Origin: the human T2T-CHM13v2.0 reference genome, Homo sapiens | NCBI RefSeq assembly: GCF_009914755.1 | Contig: NC_060942.1 | Strand: one strand, 5' to 3' | Length of the DNA stretch: 64,000 nucleotides | Shown: one piece after another, positions 1 to 14,620 of the stretch | Layout of the letters: each line of letters begins with the position of its first letter | How positions within the stretch are numbered: the stretch's first letter is position 1 | Notes under the pieces: generated by a model | Databases searched by the model: none | What the model was told of the DNA's origin: nothing | Seen by the model: the letters and a program-made list of their open reading frames with translations, nothing else | Position numbers and translations under genes: made by a program

Positions 1-1402
1 AAGCAGCCAGGTAAGTGCCTGAGGCTTGTGAGGAAGGTGCGACCTGAAAGGCCTGTGTGCTTCTGACTCTCTTAGATGGTGGCGGAAGGCTTGGCAGTGA
101 ATGCAGTTACCAGTGGAGAGCGTGCTGTGTGGAAAGGAGAAGCCATGGGCAGTGCTGGGGAGGCTCATCACAAGGAGGGCACAGAGGTGAAAACAGGAAA
201 GGCTTGAAGTTGAAAGAGAACCACTTAAGTGCCTGGGGAATTTTAGAGACTAAACACTAGCCAGCAGTATTGAGTGGTACGGTTGTTTTTAAAAAAGAAG
301 GGGCTCCTTTCCACTTTTAGTCACTGTTATGTCAGCAGCTGCTGTGACTTTTTTTCTCTCTGTGATGCTTAGAAGACAGGAGCATAACCAGTGTTTTCCA
401 GTTTTGGTGCCAGGACAGGTTTGTATCTGACTATAGAATCTACTCCAAATTACTGGTTCATTACTGTACCTTTCAGTATCTTATTTTTATGGTCAGTACC
501 CAGTGCGTACTTTAGACATAATTTGTTGCTTCTACTAAAATGAGGGGCAGGTAGTACTATTATGGAGTGATGGTCCGTAGAAGAGAACAATATACTTATT
601 ACTGGTTACTGTTTATTGAACATCTACTTTGTCCTTGGGGGAAGTGCTAGCTTTCAGCAAAGGAGGAGAATTGCCTGTGAAAGATGAGAAGTTACCTAGG
701 CAACTTCTTCTTAGTCACTCTTGTAGTTAGCTTGATTTCTGTTATTTTTCTTGTCCATTGATTTTTTAATAAGCCTTTTCTCCACTAGAGGAATGGTTTA
801 CATAGTATGGATTCTCATGTGCTAGATGCTCCAGAGAAGAAAGGTCAAGTGTGGTTTGTGTGTGTGTGTGTTTTTTTTTGTCTTGCATGTTCGTTGGTTC
901 CCTCATTCGTTTACTGTGAATTTGTTAAGTATTTGTGAGGAGCACTCAGCATATATAAAATATGCTGTGTTCTGTAGGGTAGAACATAGGTATAAGTAAG
1001 TTCATTCATAAAATGTGTTAATAAAATATCACTGGCATACAAAAGCAACATACACAGGGACCGTACACTTGGCTGGTAATCCTTCTGAATTTAATTAATT
1101 TAGGTCTGGAGTATTTGCCTTTATTCAGTATAAATATAAGGGGAATGGAAAAATATTTTTCATATTATTTTCAGAAACAGTTGCAAGAATAATAAAATTG
1201 GAAAAAAAAGCCTATTATCTTGTGACAGTTTTGGCCGGCAATATAGACAGAGGTAATTTGATCATAGAATTTGGCAGTGATGCATTATATAGTCAATAAC
1301 TTGAAGTATTGAACAGCTTCTTAAAAGGTGACACTTTTTAGATAGTTAATTGTAATCTCGTCCAATAGCGTTGGAAAAGCACGTTTGTTGTGTAATGACT
1401 CA

Positions 1403-1515
1403 GTATTCATTCAACAAACGCCTGTGGAAGGCCATGTGCCAGGCGCTATTCTTGGTCCTGTGGGACAGCACCAATGAGATCATGTTCATGATCATGGTAC
1501 CTGCTCTTCAATGCT
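1403..1515 (-). mobile_element. L2 LINE 3'-end fragment
   Basis: attcattcaacaaacg...atgtgccaggcgctattct...ggtacctgctctt resembles the reverse-oriented L2 3' terminus. Confidence 0.55.
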
Positions 1516-3159
1516 GTGGAAGGAAATTGTGCATGGAAATTGGTTTGGAATTTTCAGTGTCTGGGAAGCTCTACAGGTTACTTGTAGTTTTTAATATTCT
1601 AATTAAGGTTTCTCAGGTACACTTTTTAATATTCTCTCTGTAATGGCTTCTCTAGCTTGAATGATTTTTAAAACATAGATTCTGTTACATTATCAGTCAA
1701 GATTAAAATGCAAGGAATGGCCATCCTCTTTAAAAAATTAGCACGATGACAGGTCATTTAACCCCTTCCTGTTGATACTTGGATGTTTCACTTTTCCTCC
1801 TGACTGGAGAAAAGAAGCAATTGCTGCCTTGTGTCCTGTCATTACCCGAAGTAGCTACTGCCCGTCACAAATGCTTGTGTCTCTGTAAATCTTCATTCTC
1901 TTCATTTATGGTTCAGGTCGCTGCTACTTTTCCTTTTGCTGTCACTGGTAACTATTTCTTGGTGTTGCCCTTTAAGGGTATCTTGTTCAACATTGATTAC
2001 ACTTAATGGGTTTAACCATCACCCTGTACAATTCTTCGAAGACCCTTGGCAACCTTGACCTTTGGCTAAAATTATTGTTAGTCTATAAATGTATTCATTT
2101 TCTCACTATTTTCCAAAGTGGCTATAGGATTATAGAAAGAATGATGTATTATATAAAAAGCTTTTCCAATGTAGAAACTACAAAAGGGAAGGTTTAAATG
2201 AGCATTTTGTTCAGCTGGTCATGAAGTAAAAGCATAAGGAGGATATAAAAGTCCAATCATCCCCCTTAAGAATTTTTGATGTTGAACAATATTTTAGGTT
2301 TGTTTTTCTGAATAACTTGTACATTAATATCTTTAAATTGAAAAATAACTTTATTAAAAGGTATTCACTGACTGTTCAGACTTACACTTAAATCTTAATT
2401 ATGAGATATTCCATCTCTTGTTCTGTTATTTTACTACCTCTTTAGAAGGAGAGAAGAATATTTTTTATCTTGATTTTTCTTGAAACTCTGTAGGCTCTCC
2501 TGTGTTTTTGGCATTGATTTAGCAATTTATGTAAAAATAATGGAATTTACAGATTTTGAGTCAGTGTAAGTGGAACTGTATAATAATTTGTCCAAAAGGG
2601 AATGGGCTAATCTACAATCATAAGCTTCCTTTAATTTAGAAAGACGGTACCGTTGGTAAGATGCATTTCGGGCGAGTCACTCATGGATTGTACTAGTCGA
2701 ATTCCATCCCATCTGATTCTATGATCTGATAATCCTGTGGGTTGGCTAGTCATGAATTTTTTTAGGCAAGTTTATCATATTTCACTAAAGTCAAACTAAA
2801 TGGTTCACCTACTTCTAAAAAGTGAACAAAAACAATTCTATCCTCATTTCTTAGAGTGAAATTTCTAAGCCTGTTGAGGTTAAACCCACTTAATGAAATG
2901 CAAACACATTTTCAATGACTAATTAGGAGTAATGAAGTCAGAAAACTTTAATTTTGACATCTTGGATTTTGAGAAGATGAGTGTAGTAAGCACTGCTAAT
3001 TAGTTTTCAAGTTCTTTTTTATCCCTAATGTTTAGGCAGCCTTTATTCCAAATGGTCATATATTATTTCATATACTTGTGTGAGATAACAGAGTCATAGA
3101 GGAGTGAGTGTCAAAGTCCAGGATGCAGAAGGATCCCTGGGGTGGGGAGGTGAGTGATT

Positions 3160-3280
3160 TAAACAGTGTCCATTCCTTGTCTCCATAATTTAGCAGGCCT
3201 GGGATGGGGTCCAAAAACGTGCCTTCATACAAACCCAGGCCATTTTGACACTGGTGATCTGGAGATCACCGTGGTAGCAT
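3160..3280. mobile_element. MER5A-like hAT-Charlie fragment, with an adjacent MIR-like piece at ~3345-3400
   Basis: gcaggcctgggatggggtccaaaaacgtgccttcatacaaacccagg...tggtgatctggagatcac resembles the MER5A core. cattttacagagttaaagcctcagagaggtaa resembles the MIR core. Confidence 0.5.
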
Positions 3281-6034
3281 AGATCATGAAGAACAAGCGC
3301 TAGGTCCTAGAACAGAAAGAAATCATGAGGATCACTTAATGGGAGTGTCTCATTTTACAGAGTTAAAGCCTCAGAGAGGTAAAGAGACCAAAATAGCTTA
3401 TACAAAGTAACCTAGGTAGGTTTTCAGTTATATCAGAACATTTTAAGTGTTTCACTTGGGACTTATATTTTTTGCTGTATTTGAATGTAGATATTTATTA
3501 TTTGGACTTCAGTTAAATCTAAATAATGGAGCCATTTTCTGTACATCTTGGGAAAATGAATGGGGAACGTCAGACTTTTAAAAATTCTTATTGTCGTGAA
3601 ACTTACTGGTGTAGACTGTCTTGTGTTTCCCAAGCTTAGTTTGTTTTGTTGTGTTTTTCCTGCTTTCTGTAAGACCAGGGTTCACTACAAGTACTCCTGA
3701 AAGCCCCTTCCTGCCTTTGGACTTGGTTCAGAGGTTTCCTGGTATTTTAGAGTGGACATGAACATCTGTCTTGAGGGTATCAACAAAAGCTAATATTTAA
3801 GAAAAATAGGTGTTCTTTGTTGATGGGAGATGTCTACCTTCCTCTAAGCCAAGATGAGAGTTCTTCCTGTCTCACCAGAAAAGTGAGTAAAGGAAGGGCA
3901 TGGATGCTAGTTGTCCAACTAGAAAGCAGTATTGACCTTAGATAAGCCCTGCTTCAGATTGCCCTTCAGTGGATAACCAGGAAGTGATAGTAAAATCAGT
4001 TTTGTAATCAGCTTTGTAATTCTCATAGAATTTTCTTTTATTGATACCTAACATTTTGACTTTGTTTAAAATGTACTTGTGAATAATAACCTCCTATTTC
4101 CCCCCAAAATCGAAATAACTAAGTCTGTCAGATAGTTTTTCTACCTATCATAGTGTTCACTTTTCTCCAGAGTCCTTTTTATTTTTATTTTAAAATGTGA
4201 GTGTTTACATTGTTACATTTTGAAATCTATTCAATATTTAAAGTGTGTAATTTTGAAATCTAATGAGTAATAAAATAGGTTCAATGTTTAATCAATTTAA
4301 TTTTCTATACTTTTATATTTCAGTCAGTCTAAACATTGAAGCAGTCTAAAAGTTAAATAAGATTTAATATTCTTTGATTGGAGTTACACATAGACATGGT
4401 TTTATTCAACACATTTCTCAGCTTCAAGTAAAAAGTGTTTAACTGTTAAGTTATCAATTAAAATACTAGTTTTTGTCTCTTTGGCTTTTTTTTCAAGATA
4501 TAATAAGCAAGATAATTTAAAGTTAGCTAATGTTTTAAATTACTGCATTAAAAGGTGCTTTATGCACTTCATTAGCTTATAGAAAAATTGAAATGCTGCA
4601 ATAATTGTAAATTACAGTATGTAATCTGTGCCTGAACCTCTTTCTATACTAAGCACTCTTAACAAATTGAAACACTTTAGCAACATTAAATCATTCATGG
4701 AGTATATATGACCAGAAGCTCAATATTATTTTTAAATTTTTTTATTATAAGATTTCTTCTTTCAAAAGTAACCCCATCTAATTTTCTTTTCCTCTTTTTG
4801 AAGTACTACTATACAATCCATGTCTAATTTTAAAAAATGTTATTGCTATTCCATTTTATCTGTTTCTTATCATTTGATTTAGAAAAGTTGCAGTCTAAAA
4901 AAAATCTAGAAAATCTAGGATATTATATCTAGAATCTTGTGATTTCTAGTCAAGAAGTATAAAGTCTGAAAAGTGTCTCTTTTTAGCAAGCACTAAGCAG
5001 TGATCCTTAGCATTTTCAGTGTTTTGTGATATGTGAATGTCTTTTGTCATCTACAATCATGTTAATCCTCGTGAGCCTGGACTATTGGAACTGAACTGTG
5101 CTGCTTTGCTGCAGGTCAGCTTTCATGGACAATTAGTGTCGTAACAGGACTTTGGTCACAAGTTGTCTTAAGTGCTTACCATAAAGACATCATCCTGCAG
5201 TTGAGCAGTGGTGTTCTGTGAGCATCATCTCTTGTGAAGCATTTCATGTTAGCCTTTTCTTTGAGAAAAGTCAAGCAACTGCTCGTTGCTCAGTCCCTGG
5301 CATCTTTTTTTTTCTGAGAAGCCTTAGGCCCTTCAAATTTACTGGTTATTTTTTTTCTCTTTTTGCTCATCTTGTTTGCTCTTGTCCCCTCTGGGTAACT
5401 GTCAGAGGCCCACATCGGTTCATTCTTCTGACAAGAGTGAAAAGAACGATCTTCCTGCTGTTTGGCTCTGTGTCAGTGTTGACAAGTCGTACGTGTTCGA
5501 CGCTCCGTGAGGCAACTGGTTCCAGCAGTATGCAGAAGGAAACCAGTAAATCCTCAATGTCACGCCACTCATTGAGACTTGGTTGCTCTTTTTACTCTAA
5601 ATATCACCATGGATACAAACACTTTGAAACCAGGGTCCTGTCCATCACCTCACAGCCCAGTATTGCACAATTATGTAAGCACTTGAAAAGGTAGACCTTG
5701 TACCTCAATCGGCTCACGAATACTGTTGGGACACCTGTGAAAACTTAGTTGTTTTAGGTATTTCAGTTTTGTTTTTTATCATTCTTTGTATTGGAAAGTT
5801 ATTCTGATGCGTCATTACAGATTTTAAAGTAAAAACAGAATATCTGTAGTATGATAGTTTTCTCTTCTATAGGTACATAATCTTTTATAAGTGTTTTTAA
5901 TTTAAAATGAGACTGTAATGCCATTGCCTTTGAGGAGGATAGTTTCAGTGCCAGGAAATAACTGACTGTCCTCACCTGGCACATGAGTGTAGTTTTCTGC
6001 CTATTTTTTAAAATTATACCATTTTGAGTTTCAA

Positions 6035-6036
<2 letters not shown>

Positions 6037-6074
<38 letters not shown>
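6037..6074. repeat. (TG)19 microsatellite
   Basis: Perfect TG dinucleotide run, read directly. Confidence 0.95.
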
Positions 6075-6078
<4 letters not shown>

Positions 6079-8928
6079 TGAGAGAATCAAAGATTCAAGG
6101 AAAACGTGACTTCGGGTGTTCTAGGTTGACATGTACAAACAAGGCTGACATTTAGTTGAGATGTTTCTTCGAGTGCAGGAATCTCAGTGAGATTACTTAC
6201 CTTAATATCATCATTTTACATTTTGGATAATGTCTAGGATACCATAAATTTTCTTTCTAGCATAGGAATGATCTCTTTATTTTCTGTTGTAAGTTTATGG
6301 GCTACTTACCTCTTAGTTGCCAAATATTTAATAGTTTTAGAAGTGAGGATTGAATATATTGTCCTTTACATATTGACTAGTTACAGTGAAAGAACATTGG
6401 TTGAAATGAAATTAGAATTTTTCTTTAGCAGCTAGCAACTGGAAAGGTATTTTCTTTAGTTCTGTCTGTATATTTTTAAAACAATTGTATTGAAGGAAAA
6501 TACTGTATAGTTGTTTTAATCATCTGGTTTTCTTGTGATGCACCAGTCTTTAATTTCAATTGACATTTGCTTTCGATGCCCTTCTTTTAAATGCTAAGGT
6601 TTTATGCTGTGTGATATTTGTAGAATATTTTCCAAGACCTGTTATGTTGTTTTTCCACGCCTAGTAGCTGATACAGTTAAGATTGGCAAGTGGTCCTCAT
6701 TTTAGTTGAGTAAAATATACTAGCTTAAAATGGATATGTGCTCAAAAGGAGATAATTCATTTCAGTTGGGAGAACTGTAAGCCATGATACATGATTTTCC
6801 TTAATAAAATTCCCCATCTCTGAGACAGTATTAGTTCTTACTTTAATTACTGGCTGCCGTAATGTTTCCTATCCATAACTGTCTACACAATGGACTGTTT
6901 CTGAGCAGAGGGTATGGCCTGTTTACTCAACCGTTGAGGAGAGTGCCCAAGTTGTACCAAGTCTGAACTGCTGCACAGGAGAGTGTCCTTCATTTAAATA
7001 TTTAAATATTAATGTTTAATTGTATAGGCAGAAAACTTCAATGTCATTTTAAGGATATGCAACTTTACCAGAGACTCTTTGTCCATGATCAACTTTAGAG
7101 GCTTGTCTTGAATCTTAACATTCTTTGGAGGCATGCAACCTTGTGGCCATATTGGAAAGTTTGAGTATATTTATCTTCGTATTTCCTCTTTGCCCCACAT
7201 TTTGAAAACAATAACAGAAAAGCTGTTGTCAAGGGTGCTTCTCTCAAAAATGGCTTAGTTGACATTAGCTGAAAATGAGCAGAACGACACTAACTACTAA
7301 TTGATTACAGTAATTACACAGTCTTTGGCTAGTTTGTATTGGCAAACTCTATGTACTCCTGGAATAAATGTGAACTTGCAGAATGCAAGGAAAAGGTCAC
7401 TCTCATTTGCATGATAGGCTTCATTAGAATATGCTAAGGACGAGACCTAGTGTTTTATGACTTCGGGTGATGAATAGCTACCATATTACTCTGCTAGATG
7501 AAAGTGTGTTTCACTCACCTTAATTTACATGCTTTTTTTTTAATTTCAAGAAAAATATTTTAGATTACAGCAATGGAGAGCTTGCTGTGTTTTGCACTCA
7601 ATTATATTGTGGGTGGGTTTTTTGAGATAGCAAAATATTTTAGGTAGAATTATTTTGAAGGATATTTCTAAAGATAGGATTAGAATAATTATAAAGGGCT
7701 TTCTACATTAGATCTTCTAGCATTATAACTTTTGTCAGTAATAAAAGAAAATGGTTTTTTAGTGGTTGTTTAAATAAAATACAGGTTAACTCATTGGAGC
7801 TTAAATTTTAGGTTTTAGCTTGCTTTAGACTTATTACCTAGTGGGCTTCATTGAGTCCTAGAATGCATTGATTTTCACTTTAAAATAATGCAGTTTCATC
7901 ACTTCATTAATTTTTTCCCTTAACATTTTTGCTTAATTAGTACTATTTCTGTACTGAGATTTTTTTAACGTATAAAATGTAGATACAACTGTTCTATGAT
8001 GGCTGTTTTTGCCAAAAACATGCCTGCCCAGGATGCCTTTGTCAGTTGTTTTCATGGCATTTGCTTGGTGGAAAAGTTGTGGGGGTTATGTAGAAATAAA
8101 AACGAGAATAAATTTCTGCAGCCGATCTAAATACATATTTTTAAAGTCAAGAATTATGTTTCCCATTAAATAAACGTTCTCATTTATGGTCTCCGTTCAT
8201 ATAGTGATGGGTCCTATTAGCTGTCATTATCCTTCTATTCTCATTAGGAGAGAAAAATAGTCCAGGCTCCTAAAAGTATCTTCATGAGAAGTATCAGCTC
8301 CTAATTAGCAGTGACTGTAATCTTTTGGAACACAGGGTTAACACTTCCTAGATAAGTTGCTATTATAAAGTTTCTTCATCTTTTAAAAGCCATTCCTGCT
8401 AGTAAAACTAGGTCGAAATGAAAAAGTAGACAGTTTTTTCTTTTATCAAATGCAGTTTTGTAATAAAATTGTACGATGAGCTTGCACAAGCTTTTTAAAA
8501 TATCATTGCTGCCACTGAATACATCTATAATTTATTTATTCAAGAATGTTGGAGGCATTTTTGATTTATTTGTTTTTAGAGAAGTTTTGTTAAGCAAGAT
8601 AATGAGCAGAGCTGGTGTTAATCATTTACTATGCAACTCTAAAGAATGAAAATTTTGCATATCTTTAGCACTGTTGGGGAAAATAAATTCACTCAGTGCT
8701 AATGGTCTATCTGTGTAATTTTTGAAAATACTATCTTACTCTGGAGAAATGTAACACACCATTGTGCTTTGCTAAAAGCTAAACTAATCAATACATAATT
8801 ACACATTTATATGTACATATGTATTAAGTAATTATAATTGTTTGTTATCTGTAAAGATGATAAATTAACATGTGGTTGGTCAGTGCCTTAGGTGTCTGCT
8901 ATACTTCTTCTTATATAACTTGTGGTCT

Positions 8929-9108
8929 GTATTTTCAACAAAGGACCATGAGTGTGTGTGCAGTGCATGTGTGTGGATACATACGCAGACACACACCCTT
9001 ACGTTTAGGTATGTATTTTCAGCAGAGGACCACAGATGCGTGTGTATATGCACATGTGTGTACACACATGCATACACATCTTTAGTTGTATATTTTTAAA
9101 GGATCACA
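8929..9108. repeat. Diverged ~84-bp tandem duplication (2+ copies) with TG/CA-rich interior
   Basis: gtattttcaacaaaggacca at 8929, gtattttcagcagaggacca at 9013 and a degenerate tatttttaaaggatcac at ~9091. Confidence 0.7.
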
Positions 9109-9504
9109 ATTACCTTAGTGTCTCATAATCTTGTAGTAATATTGCTTTTAAAATTCTTGGGGATGTGTGGCACATGTTCTAGATTTAAAAAATAATTCTA
9201 GTAAAAATAAGTATTGTCATTTATAATATTAATCATGAGAATCTTGCTATATTTTGTTATATTTATGAACATTTAAATGTTACTTGAAAACACAATGGCA
9301 GCTTTCTAAAACATGAAGTTTATTTTAAAATCTCTTAATGTGGTTTATTTTGTATTTTGTGAGGATTTGAAGATAAGTGTTAGAGTACAATATAAAAAGA
9401 AAAATGTAAGGAAGGATTTAAAAACCAAATACTGTACTGTGGTAATCATGTCATATGTGCACTGTCTTTTCTATATTCACTGTTCAATTAAAAAGGGGAC
9501 GTTG

Positions 9505-10107
<603 letters not shown>

Positions 10108-11357
10108 TTAGGGAATATTTTCTCAGAATTCTCTATGAATTCTGTAAAACAGTACAGAGTTCATCCTGACTGAATGAACACTGGAGGAGGAATACTGGGA
10201 TTTCTGAAACCATTTTCATATGTATCATAGAATAGTAAGTTTGTTTAAGGAGATTTGAAAAGATATATAAACTTTTCTGAAGTAAAGAAAATATATGAAA
10301 TTTTATTAATGTGTAACAACTTGATTAAAAAATAAGTGGCTCCAGATACCAGGTATTTTAAAGAATATTATATCTCAGTGTTAGGAGCTGCTTGATTAGC
10401 TTTTTTTTAGTGCCAGTAAATTTTTTCATGCCACAACATGTATGTTTTTTTCTGATTAATATTTCATACGGCCACAGAATTTATCTCCCTAAAGATGTGG
10501 TATACATCTTTTTAGATAGATGTATATAAGAATTATTACAAAATTTATATATATTAGAATTTATATATATAGATGTGTATTTGAATTTAGGCATATCCAG
10601 TTGGGAGTGCTTAGAACTTTTGCTTTTTCATAATTAGTAATGTCCTCTCCCACAGAAGCCACTGCCAGAGGTGGGAGAGTGAACGAGAAAAGGGAAAAGG
10701 GACACCTGGCTTTTCTCTGCTCCAGTTACTGCAGGATCCAGAGCTAGAAAGAGTACAGTGAGGCACATGCTTCTCTTGTCAGTAACTAAAAAGTAGGTGG
10801 TCATTGAAACAGGTATTTTCCTTTCAGAGAATGTTCTTACATTTGGGCTCAGCTTTCCTTTTATTTATATTTATATATATATATGTATGTATGTATGTAT
10901 TTAAAGTCCAGGGTTAGCTTAGAGGGAGAACATGCTTTGGACAATTTTTTTTTGAAGCTGGGCTAATATTTTTGAAAGGAGGTACATGATTATAAGCAAA
11001 CGTATAACCTTACCTCCAAAAATACACTATGAAGGAGGATTTATATGAATCGTAATTATAAGACTTTATAATATGGTCCAATCTATTTTAGTTTTTGAGA
11101 TAAAAAAATGCTCATTTAAAAAGTAAAAATGAGAAAAATATGAAATGCAAACAAAAATAACCCAACTTGTATGACATTCTGAGCACGGAATTAGGGGAAA
11201 TTCTATACAAGTAAAAAATATATGCCCAGAACCTCAATTATTAAATGGAACTTTATTATTGTTATTTCTTACTTTGTCTTTTTTATGATACCTTTATAGG
11301 CATTCAGTTTTGAATATACTAAGTCAGTCAGTGTTCTGGAGAAAATATTAAATATGC

Positions 11358-11832
11358 TGCATTAATTTCCTCTGGCTTCTGCATCAAATGACCACATATG
11401 GGGTGTCTTCAAACAACAGATTGTTTTTTCACAGTTTTGGTGGCCAGAGGTCAGAAATCAATGTGCCTCGGCTGAAATCCAGACGACCTCAGGTCCACAC
11501 TCCCTCTGGAGGTTCTCGGGAATGCATTCTTTGCCTCTCTCAGTTTCTGGTGGCTGACAGCATTCCCTGGTTTTTCACCTCATCATTCCAATTCCCGCTT
11601 CTTTGCCATCTCCTCTGACGTCTCTATCAAATTTCAGTCTGCCTCTCTGATAAGGACTCTTATGACTGCATTTATTTTAGAGCTCACCAAGGTAATTCAG
11701 GTAAATCTTCTGATGTATAGATTCTTAACCTAATACCTTCTGCAAGGATTGCTTTTCCATTAGTAGGTAACGTTTACAGGTTCCAGGGGTTAGGACCCGA
11801 TATCTTTGGGGATCACCATTCAGCACAGTACA
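11358..11832 (-). mobile_element. MaLR solo LTR (MLT1B/C-like)
   Basis: tgcattaatttcct...aaacaacaga...cacagttttggtggccagaggtcagaaatcaa...acaggttccaggggttaggac...attcagcacagtaca. TG...CA ends and typical MLT1 layout. Confidence 0.8.
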
Positions 11833-12589
11833 TATGTGTACATATGTTACATCTGTCTGCCAACCATAGATCCCTTGCATGTTTAGTCCAAAGTACTAGA
11901 AAGAAATTGCACCCACCCTTGTCTCTTTACGTGCACAGGGGAGTACAGTGATTGGATCAGGGAAACTTTATTGTTGGCTGTGTCCAAATGCAGGGTTAGA
12001 GTTAGGGGGCATGGAGTGGGGATTTTTGGCAAGAGGGGCTTTAGACCACTCCTGGGTTTAGGGAAATTAATCCAAGTATCTTCCCTTGTATGGATACTGC
12101 CTCCTCTCCTGGTTCCTGTTGCTTCATCACAGGTGGACCTTTAGATTTCCCTGCTGGGAGGTAAGTAGTTACTAGACCAGGGTCTAGACGAACCCCCTCC
12201 CACTGGTCCTGTACCAGCACTGAGGAAGTAATCAAATGATGTCTCTTTTGGCCTCTCTTACACTGTGCAAATGTGATTATTGCTAGAACTCCCAAATCAG
12301 CTCGGTACCAGTTTTATAGTTGTCTCTGGGAAAACTTGCCTGGGGAAACTTGGCTGAGAACCATTCTTTTGTCCCAGTAGCAGTAGCTGGAAGGCAGCTG
12401 CATCACAGGAAGTTTGAGATTATTGATGGTCAAGTGATGTCAAAAGAGTGATTGTGACATATAAGATGGCTTATGGAAGTCCTTCAGTGGATAATATGTA
12501 AAACCAAGGCAGTAAACCAGTTGAGAAAAATACATGTATGGATGGTGAAATCAGGAATACGTTTCTATAGTCAGGTCGGGAGCATTTTG

Positions 12590-12780
12590 TATATATACAT
12601 ATATACACACATACATACACACACTTATGTGGACTTATGTTCACGCTCGTGTGTGAATGTGTGTATATGTGTATCTACATTTGTGACGTGTTATAAATAT
12701 AAATGTATATATGGAAATATATACATATACATATACATAAGTAAATACATGCATACAAATAATTTGAATAATCATATATT
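12590..12780. repeat. TA/CA/TG low-complexity dinucleotide region
   Basis: tatatatacatatatacacacatacatacac...gtgtgaatgtgtgtatatgtgt...atatacatatacatatacat. Confidence 0.7.
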
Positions 12781-14269
12781 TACTTCTAAATTGTTGGCTA
12801 TAGCCTAAAACAACTGTTTTATGTTATTTGGACTAGACTGTAATGAAAAACAGCTAGAATCTAAATGATTTATAAGCTCTCTGAATAAAATTGATGAAAG
12901 GATGGTGTTCTATGTTAAGTTTAGAGCCAGATTAACCAAAAAAGAATAATTGTAAAAACAAAGGACAGTGTGGTGTATTATAGATATAGAATCTATATCT
13001 GATTCTCTTTCAGTATATATATATTTTTCATGCCTGATTTGCACATTTCAAACAATAGTAAATTTCCTTGGTTGTCAGATATACATACCTAAGCTTGGTG
13101 ACAAGAAGGGATACTCCTTGGCATGAAAACCGCCCCTCAGATATCAGTCATAGAAGAAAATTGCTATTTAAGAGCCTGCGAACCCCTTTGTGGGTGTTAC
13201 TTGGAATCTGTCATGCTCTATGAAAAAGCTGCCCAGTTGGATTTTACAATTATTTGCTACTATAGGATTAAAAATGAAAACCTAGAATGAGTTAAAGTTT
13301 ACAAAGGAAAACCAGTGTGGTTCTTGCCTAGAATTTTACACCAAGTGGGAAAGATGAAATAACAATTAGCAGAAAGCTTGAAGTGCTTTTGAATACTGAA
13401 TTATATTATGGAACACTTCTTCATGTATTAATATCTTTAGAATTTAGCCAAGTATGGTAATCAAAGCATTGCTTTTCATTCTTTACCCTCCTACTCTCTA
13501 TAGTTTTGGCAGAGAAGGAAGATGGAAGACTTGAAATAGGTAAAGAGAAGTGAAAATATTCTCACAGAACATGCTTTTAATGAAGGAACTATTACATAAG
13601 GGAGTCTTGTCTTTCCCTCTTCCTGTAATATTTAAGAGGACATACTTTCTTAAATGTATAAAGAGAATACCGCTTAGAAATTAACAATCTGGAAGAACTA
13701 TGAAATACTTGTTCTTCTTAAATGTCCAGTGAAGAGTAATTTAATGAGAGATGAGGCCAGTAACTTAATGAGGTTAAGACACATGACGTTGCTGACTTCA
13801 GTTGCTTTTTTTCTGTAAGAACTGCAGTTTTATTTGGTTCAAACTAATATTTTTCAGAGATAGTTTGAATCATGCTTTGTTCTTTTTTGAATATTTGTTG
13901 ATTGAGTACTCAACTCTACCCTTTAAAGTTTTTTATGTAAAGTCATGATTGGATAATGAAAATTATCTTTTTTAGATTACATTATTTTAGGAAGAGTGAT
14001 AGAGTATTTTTTAGAAATTTGTTTGTTCGTTTTGCTTACTTGTAGAATGTAGCTGCAGTAGCTCAAAGTATCCATTTGCTCACATTTTTCTCCTGTGTAC
14101 TCCAAGAGCAGTGATGCATCATTCCTGTCATCCAGGCCTCTTGTCTGCTTAGTCCCTGTTTCTAGCTCATAAATTCTGTGGTCTGGCTAAAAAACAACGT
14201 GGTTACCTTGTGCATAGGAGGTCTTGAATGTATATTCAGTTAATGGCTGAACTGGTATAATTATGGGTC

Positions 14270-14620
14270 TTAAGGCCAATTAGGATACTTTTTTTAATAG
14301 TCCAGCAATAGATAGGGAAACCCTTAGGTAATGAACCAGCAAAGGCGGTGGATGGATAGAAGATGATAGATTCAGGGGTGTGAGGAGGCAGAACTTGACG
14401 GCTGAATAATGCAAGCGTTGATGGAATTGGAGGAGTGAAGATTTGCTTTACATTTGTAGTGTGGCTGACTAGCCAGTGGCTGACTAGTGTTCTGTTAACC
14501 AAAATAGAGAACGCTGGAGAAGAAGCAAGTTACAGGGGTTAGGGATTACAATGTGGGAGGGAAGGTGACACATTTGGTTTAGTTGTGTTGAATTTTAAAT
14601 GACCACAAGATACTCAAAAT
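14270..14620 (-). mobile_element. L2 LINE internal fragment
   Basis: Purine-rich L2-like text: ...aaaatagagaacgctggagaagaagcaagtt...atttggtttagttgtgttgaattttaaatgacc... Confidence 0.55.

Noticed and set aside
2620-2705. Cluster of 6-bp palindromes (aagctt, ggtacc, atgcat, actagt, gaattc) suggesting a vector polylinker
   Set aside because: The sites are irregularly spaced in otherwise genomic-looking sequence, with no vector backbone or primer sites. Chance is the likeliest explanation.
5218-5694. 158-aa ORF with a small CpG cluster at ~5487-5508
   Set aside because: It starts at GTG, has no recognisable domain and has an F/S/L-rich composition typical of intronic chance ORFs. Five CpGs in ~22 bp do not make an island.
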